This document shows, one piece after another, positions 44,297 to 54,667 of a DNA stretch of 64,000 bases. Position numbers and translations under genes: made by a program. Positions within the stretch are counted from its first letter, which is position 1; every line of letters begins with the position of its first letter. The notes below the pieces were generated by a model. The model ran no database searches and had not been told where the DNA came from. It saw only the letters and a list, made by a program, of their open reading frames with translations. Origin of the DNA: Candidatus Latescibacterota bacterium. GTDB lineage: Bacteria > Latescibacterota > UBA2968 > UBA8231. Location of the stretch: contig OZ220089.1 in NCBI GenBank assembly GCA_964291625.2, forward strand, positions 4,000,001 to 4,064,000, in the 5' to 3' direction.

Positions 44297-47263
44297 TCAC
44301 CCCAAAGCCGTCACCCTCTCCCGGAAGTCGACGGGCACCCGCATCCGCCCCTCGCCGCGGCGCTCGAAGAGCAGGTAGCCGCGGTCGCGGCCGAAGCGCC
44401 AGATGTCGCGGGTGATGCGCACGTCGTTGCGGCAGTACTCCTCGATCAGGTCGAGACGCCCCTGCTTCCACCAGCGCAGGGCCTGCAGGCCGTCGGCCGT
44501 CTTCTCCTCCTCGAGGGTGGCCTGGGCGAGGCTGTTGAGGCTGACGCGGAAGTTCAGCTGATCGCGGATCTCGCGCAGCATGTCGAGGGTGTCGAGGCCG
44601 CGGAAGTCGAAGCGGGAGTACCCGCGCAGGACGGAGTAGTCGAAGCCGATGCAGTTGAAGCCGACCACGAGATCGGCCGACCGCAGGTGCTCGATGAGCC
44701 GGGGCACGCCGTCCTCGAAGTAGGTGACGAACTCGTCGCGGCGGCTGTCCCAGAGGATGCCGCAGCTCATCCTCATCAGGTAGGTGCGGTTCCAGCCGCC
44801 GACCTCGGCGGCGCTGAGCTGGGTCTCCAGGTCGAAGACGACGACGTGCTGCTCCGGATCGGTGTCGGGGGGAGGCTCCTCCTCCACGCCCTCCCAGTCG
44901 GCGAACAGCGGCGGCTCGGCCTCGAGGCCGTCGACCTCGAGTGACTTTGGGTCGAGGCTGGCGCGTCCCGAGAGCAGCTCCAGCAGGTGTGCGCAGCCGG
45001 CCTTGTCGAGGGGGTGGTTGCCGGCGCCGCAGGAGGGGAAGTGGATGCACGAGGGACAGCCCTCCTCGCAGTCGCAGGCCTCCACCAGCCCGAGGGTCAG
45101 CTCCAGGAGCCGGTCGAGCATGTCGAAGCCCTTCTCGGCCAGGCCGATCCCCCCCGGGTAGTGGTCGTAGACGAAGATCGCCCCCTTGCGCAGCTGCGGG
45201 TGCAGGGGATAGCAGATGCCGCCCACGTCGGTGCTCTTGCTCAGGGCCAGGAGCGGGAAGACCGACTTGGCGGCGTGCTCGACGGCGTGGAGCGACCCCA
45301 TGTGGTGATGGCCGCGGCCCTTGAGCTGCTTCTTGAAGGGGGCGTCCATCTCCAGCCAGAAGCCGACGGTCTCGAAGGTCTCCACCGGGGAGTCGAGAGG
45401 GTGGCGGGAGATCACCGCCTGGTCGCCGGCGCGGACCTTCTCGAAGGCCGTCACCTGGGAGCGCACGAGCAGGCGCCCGAGCTTGGCCTGGTAGCCGTGC
45501 ATGGGCCGGCAGGCCAGCTCCTCGAGGATCTCGGTCTCCTTCTCCCGCTTGGGCCGGGTGTAGTAGGGAACCTCCACCACCCGGGCGCCGATCTGCCGCT
45601 TCACCGGGTGGCGCTCGCCGATCAGGTACTGGCGGCCCCGGTGCAGGTAGACGGCGCCCTCGTGGCACTCGGCGTGGAGCTGGCTGCCGGAGACCGTGCC
45701 GATGGACTTGCCCCCGTCGGGAGGGCCGCCCTCCGGACCGCCGTCGACGATCGACCAGCTCTCGCCGATGGAGCGCATGTTCACCCGCCGGTGGGGCCGC
45801 TTGCGGGAGGCGAACCAGGCGTCGCCCTCGGCGCTCTGCAGGAGCTCCCCGCCTTCGGTCAGCCGCTCCAGGGCGGGCCCGTATCCGTCGATCTCGGCGT
45901 ATTCCGGCTCACCGGCGGTCAGGGGCAGCTCGCGGGCGGCGCAGGGCAGGTGCTGGTCGAGGACGTAGCGGTTCGAGGGATCGGCCACGGCGTCCTCGAT
46001 GCCGCGGCCGAAGAGCTGCTCCGGGTGCCGGGCGAAGTACTGGTCGAGGGCGTCGCGGCCGGCCAGCAGGACGACGACGGACTCCCGCCCCTGGCGGCCG
46101 ACGCGCCCCGCCCGCTGCCAGGTGCCGACGATCGACCCGGGGTAGCCGACGAGGACGCAGACGTCGAGGCCGCCGATGTCGATGCCGAGCTCCAGGGCCG
46201 AGGTGCTGACCACGCCGAGGAGGTCGCCGGAGAGCAGCCGCGCCTCGATCTGGCGGCGCTCCTCGGGCAGGTAGCCGGCCCGGTAGGAGCTGACGAGGTC
46301 CCGCAGGTCGCGGCGGTGCTGGGTCGCCCACCGGTAGATCAGCTCCGCGGTCACCCGGGCCCGGGTGAAGACGATCGACCGCAGCCGGCGCAGGACCCCG
46401 GCCCGCAGCAGCCGGGCGGCGACCGTGTTGGGGCTCTCCGGGGGATCGGCGATCAGGAAGTGGCGCGCCGCCGCCGGCGCCCCGGAGCGGGTCACCGCCG
46501 TGAAGGGCCGGCCGAAGAGCCCTTCGGCGAGGGGCCGGGGGTTGCCGATGGTGGCCGAGCAGCTGACGTAGCGCGGCTCGGAGCCACAGGCGGCGCACAG
46601 CCGGTTCAGGCGCCGGAAGAGGTGCAGGACGTGGGAGCCGAAGATGCCGTTGTAGGTGTGCAGCTCGTCGACCACCACCCAGCGCAGGTTCCGCCACACC
46701 TCCTCCCAGGCCTCGTGGAAGGCCAGCAGGCCGGAGTGGAGCATGTCGGGCGTGGTGATCAGGATGTTCGGCGGGTGGCGGCGGATCCGCTCGCGGACGT
46801 GGCGCTTCGTGTCGCCGTCGTAGATCTCGGCGGTGAGGCCGCAGGCCATGGCGGCCAGCAGGCCCCGCAGCTCGTCGAGCTGGTCCTGGGCCAGGGCCTT
46901 GAGGGGGAAGACGTAGATGGCGAACCCCGACGGCCGGTCCAGGAGGTCGGCGAGGACGGCGGCGTTGTAGACCAGGGTCTTGCCCGAGGCCGTGGGCGTG
47001 GCCACGACGGCGTTGCGTCCCGCCCGCAGGTGGCCGATGCCCTCCTCCTGATGGCTCCAGAGCTCCCGGATGCCGGCGGCGGCGAGGACCCGGGCGACCC
47101 CCGGCCCGAGGTGGGAGAGGCCGGGGGCGTGCCTCGCCGGCGCCGCGGGCAGGCTCTCCCGGTGGACGAGGCTGTCGGAGAGGGCGGTCTCCTCGAGGTA
47201 GCGCAGGTAGGCGGCGAGGTCCGCCTCGGGGGCGGACCCGGGCGGGCCTTCGTCGGGTGACAC
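44297..47263 (-). CDS. DEAD/DEAH helicase with DUF1998 (MrfA/YprA/Hrq1-like) fused to a C-terminal RNase H-like exonuclease
   Basis: TPTASGKT, DELH, SAT and QRAGRVGR; CDCEEGCPSC cluster; C-terminal FDLET...GFNCIGFD...YCRNDV. Confidence 0.9.
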   Translation of the reverse strand: MSPDEGPPGSAPEADLAAYLRYLEETALSDSLVHRESLPAAPARHAPGLSHLGPGVARVLAAAGIRELWSHQEEGIGHLRAGRNAVVATPTASGKTLVYNAAVLADLLDRPSGFAIYVFPLKALAQDQLDELRGLLAAMACGLTAEIYDGDTKRHVRERIRRHPPNILITTPDMLHSGLLAFHEAWEEVWRNLRWVVVDELHTYNGIFGSHVLHLFRRLNRLCAACGSEPRYVSCSATIGNPRPLAEGLFGRPFTAVTRSGAPAAARHFLIADPPESPNTVAARLLRAGVLRRLRSIVFTRARVTAELIYRWATQHRRDLRDLVSSYRAGYLPEERRQIEARLLSGDLLGVVSTSALELGIDIGGLDVCVLVGYPGSIVGTWQRAGRVGRQGRESVVVLLAGRDALDQYFARHPEQLFGRGIEDAVADPSNRYVLDQHLPCAARELPLTAGEPEYAEIDGYGPALERLTEGGELLQSAEGDAWFASRKRPHRRVNMRSIGESWSIVDGGPEGGPPDGGKSIGTVSGSQLHAECHEGAVYLHRGRQYLIGERHPVKRQIGARVVEVPYYTRPKREKETEILEELACRPMHGYQAKLGRLLVRSQVTAFEKVRAGDQAVISRHPLDSPVETFETVGFWLEMDAPFKKQLKGRGHHHMGSLHAVEHAAKSVFPLLALSKSTDVGGICYPLHPQLRKGAIFVYDHYPGGIGLAEKGFDMLDRLLELTLGLVEACDCEEGCPSCIHFPSCGAGNHPLDKAGCAHLLELLSGRASLDPKSLEVDGLEAEPPLFADWEGVEEEPPPDTDPEQHVVVFDLETQLSAAEVGGWNRTYLMRMSCGILWDSRRDEFVTYFEDGVPRLIEHLRSADLVVGFNCIGFDYSVLRGYSRFDFRGLDTLDMLREIRDQLNFRVSLNSLAQATLEEEKTADGLQALRWWKQGRLDLIEEYCRNDVRITRDIWRFGRDRGYLLFERRGEGRMRVPVDFRERVTALG

Positions 47264-47474
47264 GCGGCGGATCACGGGGAATCGACCGACTCGGGAGGAA
47301 TGAGGGCTCAAACAAGCACTGGACCATTAGTATACCCAGGGGCGCGCCCGGCGGGCAAGCGGAATCTGGCCGGCTTTCACCGGCCTGGGGGATCGGCTAT
47401 GCTCACGCCGCCGGGCAGCCGGGCGCCGCGGGGGCGCCCGGGCGTCCGCTACCGCAACAGGAGGGAGCAGGCTC

Positions 47475-48488
47475 GTGACAGAGGAAGAGAAGGCCGTCGG
47501 CATCGGCTTCATCGGCTGCGGCGGCAACGCCCGGGGACACATGAACCGGCTGGCCGCCATGGAGCGGGCGCGCCTGGCGGCGGTCTGCGACATCGACGAG
47601 GGCCGCGCCCGCCAGGCGGCGGAGACCACCGGCGCCGAGGCCTTCACCGACTTCCGGCGCATGCTCGAGCGCGACGACCTCGACGCCGTCTACCTCAGCC
47701 TGCCCGTCTTCGCCCACGGCGAGCCGGAGCTGGCCGTCATCGACCGCGGCCTGCCGTTCTTCGTGGAGAAGCCGGTGGCCCGCCACCTCGACCAGGCCCT
47801 CGAGATCGAGGCCGCCGTCGAGGCCGCCGGGGTGATCACCTGCGTCGGCTACCAGCTGCGCTACCTCGGCTCCACCGACATCGCCCGCCAGACCCTGGAG
47901 GGTGCCGCCGTCAGCCTCGCCAGCGGCCGCTACTGGAGCGGCTCGGGCCGGGTCGCGCCCGACCGCAAGAGCTGGGTCACCACCATGGCCCAGTCCGGGG
48001 GGCAGCTCGTGGAGCAGGCGACCCACACCCTCGACATGATGCGCTTCCTCGTGGGCGAGGTCGGCGCGGTGACGGCGCGCCACGCCAACCGCCAGGTCCC
48101 CCACATCGACTGCCCCGACGTGCACGCCGTGATCCTCGAGTTCGAGTCCGGCGCCCTCGGCACCCTGACCACCACCTGGGCCTACGACAACCTCGACTGG
48201 AGCGAGACCAACATCGTCGACGTCCTCTACGACCAGTGCCTGCTCACCTGGGGGCGGGAGCGGGTGGCCGTCCGCAGCCGGCGCCCCAGGGAAGAGGGAG
48301 AAGGGGAGGAGATGGCCACCGAGACTCGTACCGCCCCCGGCCCGGGAATCGACGAGGTCTTCGTCGAGGCGGTGGCCGCCGGCGACGGCTCGAGGATCCG
48401 CTCGCCCTACGGGGACGCGGTGAAGTCCCTGGCCCTCTGCCTGGGTGCTCTCGAGGCGGGGCAGACAGGCCGGACCGTGACCCTGTGA
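47475..48488 (+). CDS. Gfo/Idh/MocA oxidoreductase
   Basis: GFIGCGG, VEKPV and GGQLVEQATH motifs. Confidence 0.9.
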   Translation: MTEEEKAVGIGFIGCGGNARGHMNRLAAMERARLAAVCDIDEGRARQAAETTGAEAFTDFRRMLERDDLDAVYLSLPVFAHGEPELAVIDRGLPFFVEKPVARHLDQALEIEAAVEAAGVITCVGYQLRYLGSTDIARQTLEGAAVSLASGRYWSGSGRVAPDRKSWVTTMAQSGGQLVEQATHTLDMMRFLVGEVGAVTARHANRQVPHIDCPDVHAVILEFESGALGTLTTTWAYDNLDWSETNIVDVLYDQCLLTWGRERVAVRSRRPREEGEGEEMATETRTAPGPGIDEVFVEAVAAGDGSRIRSPYGDAVKSLALCLGALEAGQTGRTVTL

Positions 48489-49843
48489 CCCTCTACAGCG
48501 ACCTGCTGGCCGAGCGCGAGCGGCGCGGCCGTCCGGTGCGCGCGGCCGTCATCGGCGCCGGCAAGTTCGGCGGCGGCCTGATCGTGCAGCTCGCCCAGAG
48601 CCCCGGGATGGAGGCCGCCGTCGTGGCGGACCTCGACCCGGAACGCGTCCGCCGGGTGCTCGCCTCCTGCGGCCAGGCGGAGCGGGCCGTCGAGGCGGAT
48701 TCCGCGGGCGCCGTGGCCGACACCGTGCGCTCGGGCCGGTGCGTGGTGACCGGGGACCCCCTGCTGGCGGCGGGCTGCGAGGAGGTGGACGTGGTCGTCG
48801 AGGCCACCGGCCTGCCCGAGGCCGGCGCCTGCCACGCCCTGACGGCGATCGAGGCCGGCCGTCACGTGGTGATGGTCAACGTCGAGGCCGACGTCACCGT
48901 CGGCGCCCTCCTCCGGCGGCGGGCCGACGCCGCCGCGGTGGTCTACACCCTCGTCGACGGCGACCAGCCCGGCTGCATCATGGAGATGGTCGAGTGGGCC
49001 CGCACCCTCGGCTTCGAGATCGTCGCCGCCGGCCGCGGCACCGTGCGTTACGCCGACGACGAGGCCGGCACCCCCGACTCGGTGCAGGACCGCTACGGCT
49101 TCGACGACGACCTCATGGAGCGGCGCACGATCAACACGAGGATGTTCAACTCCTTCCGGGACGGCACCAAGGCGCAGGTGGAGATGACGGCCCTGGCCAA
49201 CATGACCGGCCTGCCGCCCGACGTGCGCGGCATGCACGAGCCCTCGGTCAACGTCGAGGAGATCCCGCGGCGGTTCAGCCTGCGCGAGGAGGGCGGGCTC
49301 CTGGGCCGCTCCGGCGTCGTCGAGCTGGCCAACAGCGTCGACGCCGACGGCCGCACGATGCTGCCCGACCCGCTGGGCACGGGCGTGTTCTGCGTCATCC
49401 GCGCCGACCACCCCTTCATCCGCGAGGACCTGGCCGGGTACCACTGCCACGCCGGGGGAGGGGGCCGCAACTTCCTGCTCTGGCGGGCCTATCACCTCGT
49501 GGCCGTCGAGGCGCCCCTGTCGATCGCCCGGGCGGCCCTCTACCAGCGGCCCACGGGGGCGCCCCGTCAGCGGCCGGTGGCCGACACGGTGACCGTGGCC
49601 AAGCGGGACCTGCGCGCCGGAGAGGTCCTCGACGGCGGCGGCGGCTACACGGTGAACGGTGTCATCGAGACGGCGGAGGAGGCCCGCGCCGAAGGGCTGC
49701 TGCCCCTCGGCCTTTCGGGCGGGGCGAGGCTGAAGTCAGCCGTGGCCGCCGGCGAGGCGGTGCGCTACGCCGACGTGGCCTTGGAGGAGGGTTTCCTGCC
49801 GGCGCTGCGCCGGGAGCAGGACCGCGTCATCATCGATCCGTGA
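48485..49843 (+). CDS. Homoserine dehydrogenase-like NAD-binding protein with C-terminal SAF domain (COG4091)
   Basis: IGAGKFG, VNVEAD, GDQP, NSFRDGTK and AKRDLRAGEVLDGGGGY. Confidence 0.88.
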   Translation: MTLYSDLLAERERRGRPVRAAVIGAGKFGGGLIVQLAQSPGMEAAVVADLDPERVRRVLASCGQAERAVEADSAGAVADTVRSGRCVVTGDPLLAAGCEEVDVVVEATGLPEAGACHALTAIEAGRHVVMVNVEADVTVGALLRRRADAAAVVYTLVDGDQPGCIMEMVEWARTLGFEIVAAGRGTVRYADDEAGTPDSVQDRYGFDDDLMERRTINTRMFNSFRDGTKAQVEMTALANMTGLPPDVRGMHEPSVNVEEIPRRFSLREEGGLLGRSGVVELANSVDADGRTMLPDPLGTGVFCVIRADHPFIREDLAGYHCHAGGGGRNFLLWRAYHLVAVEAPLSIARAALYQRPTGAPRQRPVADTVTVAKRDLRAGEVLDGGGGYTVNGVIETAEEARAEGLLPLGLSGGARLKSAVAAGEAVRYADVALEEGFLPALRREQDRVIIDP

Positions 49844-49853
49844 GGAGGAACCG

Positions 49854-50741
49854 ATGCCTGTAGTCGCAGTGTGCTGGAACATCGACAAACGCCACGAACC
49901 CTGGCGTCAACTCCTGGAGATGGACGCCGACGTGGCCCTGCTGCAAGAGGCGGGCCATCCGCCGCCGCCCGACGTGGCTGACAGAATCGACACGGGGCCT
50001 GCGGAACACTGGGACTCGCATCTCTGGAATTCTCGTTGGTGGGAGAACCGGTGGCCTCATCTTCACGAGCGTTGGTCGATGGTGGTGAAGCTGTCGGACC
50101 GGGTCGACGTCGAGTGGTTCAAGCAGGTCAGCCCGATATGCGATACGGCTGAAGCTGAAGACGAGATGGCCGTCAGCGGGATCGGGACGATAGCGGCGGC
50201 CCGCATCAAACCGAAGGACGCCCCGCCCTTCATCGCCGTCTCCATGTACGCGCGCTGGACCAGACCGCATCCGCACGCCAACAGCAGGTGGTTCGTAGGC
50301 TACGCGGACGGCTCGGCGCACCGCATCATCTCGGACCTGTCGGCCTTCATCGGCAACACCGACCCGGGTACGCACCGCATACTCGCCGCGGGAGACCTGA
50401 ACATGGCATTCGGGGTCGACGACGATAATCCACAGGCGCTGACGGCCCGTGAGCGCACCGTCATGGACAGGATGGACGCTCTCGGCATGGAGTACCTGGG
50501 GCCTCGGTACCCCGCGGGCCGGCGGGCGAGTCCCACGCCCCGGGGCCTGCCGCCGGACACCCCGAACGTTCCCACCTATCACACGCGCACAAGAAACCCC
50601 GAGACCGCAGAGCACCAGCTCGACCACGCCTTCGCCTCCCGGGGCTTCCACAAGAGCGTCAGAGTGCGCGCCATGAACTCGGTCGAGGAATGGGGCGCGA
50701 GCGACCACTGCCGTCTGCGGATCGAGGTCGCGGGAGAGTAA
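49854..50741 (+). CDS. Endonuclease/exonuclease/phosphatase (EEP) family protein
   Basis: WNI, LLQE, AGDLN, LDH and SDH motifs; RBS GAGGAGG; lower GC than neighbours. Confidence 0.85.
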   Translation: MPVVAVCWNIDKRHEPWRQLLEMDADVALLQEAGHPPPPDVADRIDTGPAEHWDSHLWNSRWWENRWPHLHERWSMVVKLSDRVDVEWFKQVSPICDTAEAEDEMAVSGIGTIAAARIKPKDAPPFIAVSMYARWTRPHPHANSRWFVGYADGSAHRIISDLSAFIGNTDPGTHRILAAGDLNMAFGVDDDNPQALTARERTVMDRMDALGMEYLGPRYPAGRRASPTPRGLPPDTPNVPTYHTRTRNPETAEHQLDHAFASRGFHKSVRVRAMNSVEEWGASDHCRLRIEVAGE

Positions 50742-50770
50742 CCCGGGGGAGGCCGGTTTGGCCGGAGGCA

Positions 50771-50798
50771 CCGCGAGCAGGACCGCCTGACCGCCTGA
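50771..50798 (+). repeat. Short duplicate of the SAF-domain gene 3' end
   Basis: CGCGAGCAGGACCGCCTGACCGCCTGA (REQDRLTA*) versus CGGGAGCAGGACCGC at 49811-49825 (REQDRVIIDP*). Confidence 0.55.
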
Positions 50799-50802
50799 AA
50801 CC

Positions 50803-52596
50803 TCAGCGGTCGCGTACGACCGCTAGCGGCCGCCGCAGCGAGAGCCCGTCGGCCTCCAGCACCACGTAGTAGATGCCGGAACCGACCGGCTTTCCGGCTT
50901 CGTTCGTGCCATCCCAGGTCCACCGGTGCCGCCGGGCCGCACGGTCGCCCAGGTCGAAGCGTCGCACCTGGCCGCCGTCGGCGGCGTACAGGGTCAGGCG
51001 GGTGGCTGCACTGGGGCGGTTCAGAGCGAAGGGAATCTCCACCTCGCCGTGCAGCCACGGGCGGAAGGGGTTGGGCCAGCCGGCGTCGAGGGCGGCCACC
51101 GGCGGAGGCCCGCCCAACGCCGGGTCGTACTCCACCACCACTTCGTAGTCGTAGCCGATGCCAGTGCGGTCGACGTTGCTGAGGACAAGGACGACCTCGT
51201 CCCAGGCGTCCCATCCGCGAACGGTCACCGGGCCGCCCTCCGGCAGGATCCGCTCCTCCAGGCTGTCGGGCGTGGCCAGGAGGAGGCGGTTGCGCCAGCG
51301 GCCCCCGGGCTGGTCGATGCGCAGGGTGGCGCCCCCCGGGAGCAGCCGCGGATCGAGGAGGACGTAGCGGCTGGCCATGTGGTCGACGGCGCCGCTGTCG
51401 GTCGCCAGCGCTCCGGCGCTCACGGGAAAGGCCGGCTCCTGCCGGGAGGGGTAGCGGTCGCCCTCGGCGAAGAACTCCTCGCGGTGGCGGCCGCCCACGA
51501 ACCAGGACCACACCGCGAAGTCGGAGAAGGCGCGGTCCAGCCCGGCCTCGGGGCCGCTCACCCCGGCCTCGCCGTGGAAGTCGCGCAGGGCGCGGTCGAA
51601 GTTGTCCAGGGTGACGGCGCGGCGCCGGGCGTGCTCCTCCCAGGTGAAGCGGACCGTCTCGCGGCCGTAGCGCTGGTCGAGGAAGAAGGCGAAGATCGAG
51701 GCGCCGTAGGCGTGCAGGTCGACCCGCGGGTCGCCGCCGTCGATGGCGCGCTTGGGGGACTCCAGGAAGATGCACACGTACTGGAGATAGTCGTTCACCC
51801 CGGGGTGGACGACGTCCTCCATCCACGTGGCCGAGGCCTCCTGCCACCAGGCGCCGTCGTAGCCCTGGTAGTAGCCGAACTGCACAACATGGAAGAACTC
51901 GTGGGCCAGGGTGACGCGCAGGGCGTCGAGGCCGCGGGTGCCGCTGTATCCGCGGCAGACGCCGTCGGCGGTGCCGAAGACCGGGTTCTCGAAGTCGTTG
52001 TCGATCTCGAGCCAGCTGGGGCCTCTGTCGCCGCTCGAGCAGGGATAGGTGAGGCCGTAGCGCCGGGAGCGGCCCAGGTCGGTCAGGTAGATGTCGATCT
52101 CGTCCGCGCAATCACCGTCGTCGCGCGGCGGCTCCCGGTAGCCGAGGACCTCGATCTGCACGTGCCAGGCGCTGTCGGCCAGGGTCATCGTCAGGTCGAC
52201 GTAGTCGGGCAGGCCGTTGCCGTCGGCGTCGGCGGGAGGGACGGCGTCGGGGCCCTCCGTGTCGTAGTGGACGCGGAAGTGGCCGGAGGGCGAGACCACG
52301 TCGTGGGCCAGGGACGGCCGCTGCAGGGCGCGGGTCAGCAGGCGGCCGGCGAAGGGATCGGCGCTCTCCAGGGCCTCCACCGCGGCCACCGCCAGGGGGG
52401 TGCCGCAGTAGTGGGGATGGCCGCCGCCGGTGAAGTCGGCGGGCACGGCCTCCGGATCCCGGACTTCGAGCAGCTGGTAGGCGGCCGCGGCCTCGGCGCT
52501 GATCCGGCTCGTCTCAGCTGTCGCGGCGGCGGCCGACCCCAGGCAGGCCGCCATCCACGCGGCGACGAACCGCTTCCTCATCGGTCTCGCGCTCAT
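50803..52596 (-). CDS. Secreted zinc metalloprotease (MXAN_6640-like) with FlgD-like C-terminal domain
   Basis: Signal peptide, AHEFFH, WWQEASATWME and a C-terminal WPNPF...WDGTNEAGKPVGSGIY domain. Confidence 0.8.
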   Translation of the reverse strand: MSARPMRKRFVAAWMAACLGSAAAATAETSRISAEAAAAYQLLEVRDPEAVPADFTGGGHPHYCGTPLAVAAVEALESADPFAGRLLTRALQRPSLAHDVVSPSGHFRVHYDTEGPDAVPPADADGNGLPDYVDLTMTLADSAWHVQIEVLGYREPPRDDGDCADEIDIYLTDLGRSRRYGLTYPCSSGDRGPSWLEIDNDFENPVFGTADGVCRGYSGTRGLDALRVTLAHEFFHVVQFGYYQGYDGAWWQEASATWMEDVVHPGVNDYLQYVCIFLESPKRAIDGGDPRVDLHAYGASIFAFFLDQRYGRETVRFTWEEHARRRAVTLDNFDRALRDFHGEAGVSGPEAGLDRAFSDFAVWSWFVGGRHREEFFAEGDRYPSRQEPAFPVSAGALATDSGAVDHMASRYVLLDPRLLPGGATLRIDQPGGRWRNRLLLATPDSLEERILPEGGPVTVRGWDAWDEVVLVLSNVDRTGIGYDYEVVVEYDPALGGPPPVAALDAGWPNPFRPWLHGEVEIPFALNRPSAATRLTLYAADGGQVRRFDLGDRAARRHRWTWDGTNEAGKPVGSGIYYVVLEADGLSLRRPLAVVRDR

Positions 52597-52604
52597 CCCT
52601 TCGC

Positions 52605-54638
52605 CTATCTCAGCAGGGCGATCTTGCCCCGCTCGATCGAGTCGCCTTCGAAGCTGCGCACCTCGTAGAAGTAGACCCCCGATCCGAGGAGGTTCCCGGC
52701 GGCGTTGACGCCGCTCCAGCGGATCTCGCCCCGCTGGTCGACGCTGCCCGACTCCTCCCGCCCCCGCCACACCAGCACCCCGTGGGGATCGTAGATGTCC
52801 AGGCGCGAGAAGGCGGGGACGAAGAACCGGGAGAAGCCGTCCCGCGAGCGGTGCAGGGGGTTCGGGAAGACGACGATCTCCTCGTGGGGGACCAGGCGCA
52901 CGTGGACGAAGGCGCGGTTGTCGGCGGTCTCCACCTCCTCGGCGATCCGGTCCCCGGGGTCGACCTCGACGAGGAACAGGGCCTCCCCGTAGCGCGGCCA
53001 GGGCACCCGCACCTCGACCGCGGCCCCCGGCGGGACGGGCCCCGGGTGGGAGCCTTCGTAGACCACCTCGCAGCCGCTGGAGTCGCTCCGGCAACGCTGC
53101 AGGCGCAGGCCCACGGGCCCCTCGGCCGGGACCGGCCCGAGGTTGGAGATCCGCGCCAGGAGGCCGCCCGCTCCGTCGCCGGCCAGGTCGCCGCCGAAGA
53201 CGGCGAGGTTGGGCAGCCCCTCCTCGGCGCCGAACTGGGCCAGCGTCGCCAGCGTCAGACGGGTCACGCCCGCCACCAGTTCCCAGTTGATCGAGTCGGG
53301 CAGGTCGGCCACGGTGTGGTAGTGGGTGTTGATCCGGTAGTCGCCGCCGACGACCCCCGCCGAGGTCGAGTCGGTGGGCAGGTAGTTCTCGATGGCGAGG
53401 ATGGCGTCGTACCCCTGGGCCCAGAAGGGGGCGTGGTCGCTGAGGCCGGCGTAGCGGTCCTCGAGGACGTCGACCTGCAGGCCGAGGTCGTAGCGCTGCC
53501 CGGCGGCGGCCATGAGGTCGACGATCCAGGCCGACGACGGGTTGGTGACCAGCTCGATGCGCTCCGCCAGGTCGTTGAAGCCGACCATGTCGAAGTTGAG
53601 CACGCCGAGGACGCGGTCCTTCCGGGCCCCGGCGCGGCGCGCGTAGCTGTCGCTGCCCCACAGGCCCAGCTCCTCGCCGGAGAAGGCGATGAAGCGGATC
53701 GAGAAGGGGAAGCTCCGCTGGCTCAGGATGCGGGCCGTCTCGAGGAGCAGCACCACCCCCGTGCCGTTGTCGTCGGCGCCCGGCGCCGGATGGAGCCGCC
53801 AGTCCCAGGCCACCCGGCCCTCGCCGATGCGGTCCATGTCCGAGAGCCGGGAGAGGGAGCCGATGGCGTCGTAGTGGGCGCAGACGACCCAGTAGCCGGC
53901 CTCCGGGTCGGTGCCGCGCAGCTCGCCGACGACGTTGTACATGAGCGAGTCGCCGGGGACGGCCTGGAAGGTGTCGAGGGTGACGGCCTCCTCCCCCAGG
54001 GCGGCGGCCAGCTCCCGCTGCAGGAAGGTGGTGCTGGCGAGGGTTTCGGGTCGGCGGGCGTGCCGGGTGCGGACGTTGCCGGCCACGGCCCCGGCGGGTG
54101 GGTCGAGGAAGACCAGCCGGTCCAGGTCGGACCGCATGCGGGCCACGTCGACCTGCTCGAGGAGGTCGCGCACCTGTCTCGACGGGGGCCGCTGCGCCGG
54201 GCGCGGCGCGGCCCTCGGCGCCCGGGCCCGCGACGGCGTGGCGTAGCTCTCGGGCAGGGGGTAGAGGAAGTGCTCCACATCGAGGGCCTCGGCCAGCCGC
54301 TGGGAAGGCAGCCGGTGCAGCGCCCACCCGCCCGGGTCGCGGTGGACGGTGGTGATGGGAGGGCCCGCCGGCCCGGCGTGCACGTGATCGGAGAGGTAGT
54401 AGGCCTCCCCCGGGCGGGCTCGATCGGTGAAGAGCACCCTCGCTCCGAGGGCGGCCAGATCCGCGGGAGCGGCGTCGACCAGGGCGATCCCCGGTGCGAC
54501 GTGGCGCAGGGTCGCGGCCCCTGCCAGCCGTCGCAGGTCGCCGAGGGAATCCCACTCGACGCCGGCCAGCGGCGGCCGGGCGAGGGCGGGCGAGGCGAAC
54601 AGCAGCCCGAGGAGGCAGCCCTGGAGGAGCCGGGACAC
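52605..54638 (-). CDS. Secreted M28 peptidase with CARDB-like and FlgD-like C-terminal domains
   Basis: CAHYD, GADDNGTG, GEELG, NFDM, SDH and YHT; C-terminal FPNP...WSGVNAAGNLLGSGVY. Confidence 0.85.
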   Translation of the reverse strand: MSRLLQGCLLGLLFASPALARPPLAGVEWDSLGDLRRLAGAATLRHVAPGIALVDAAPADLAALGARVLFTDRARPGEAYYLSDHVHAGPAGPPITTVHRDPGGWALHRLPSQRLAEALDVEHFLYPLPESYATPSRARAPRAAPRPAQRPPSRQVRDLLEQVDVARMRSDLDRLVFLDPPAGAVAGNVRTRHARRPETLASTTFLQRELAAALGEEAVTLDTFQAVPGDSLMYNVVGELRGTDPEAGYWVVCAHYDAIGSLSRLSDMDRIGEGRVAWDWRLHPAPGADDNGTGVVLLLETARILSQRSFPFSIRFIAFSGEELGLWGSDSYARRAGARKDRVLGVLNFDMVGFNDLAERIELVTNPSSAWIVDLMAAAGQRYDLGLQVDVLEDRYAGLSDHAPFWAQGYDAILAIENYLPTDSTSAGVVGGDYRINTHYHTVADLPDSINWELVAGVTRLTLATLAQFGAEEGLPNLAVFGGDLAGDGAGGLLARISNLGPVPAEGPVGLRLQRCRSDSSGCEVVYEGSHPGPVPPGAAVEVRVPWPRYGEALFLVEVDPGDRIAEEVETADNRAFVHVRLVPHEEIVVFPNPLHRSRDGFSRFFVPAFSRLDIYDPHGVLVWRGREESGSVDQRGEIRWSGVNAAGNLLGSGVYFYEVRSFEGDSIERGKIALLR

Positions 54639-54667
54639 GGGCGCCGGGAAGGACGGCAGGCGGGGCC

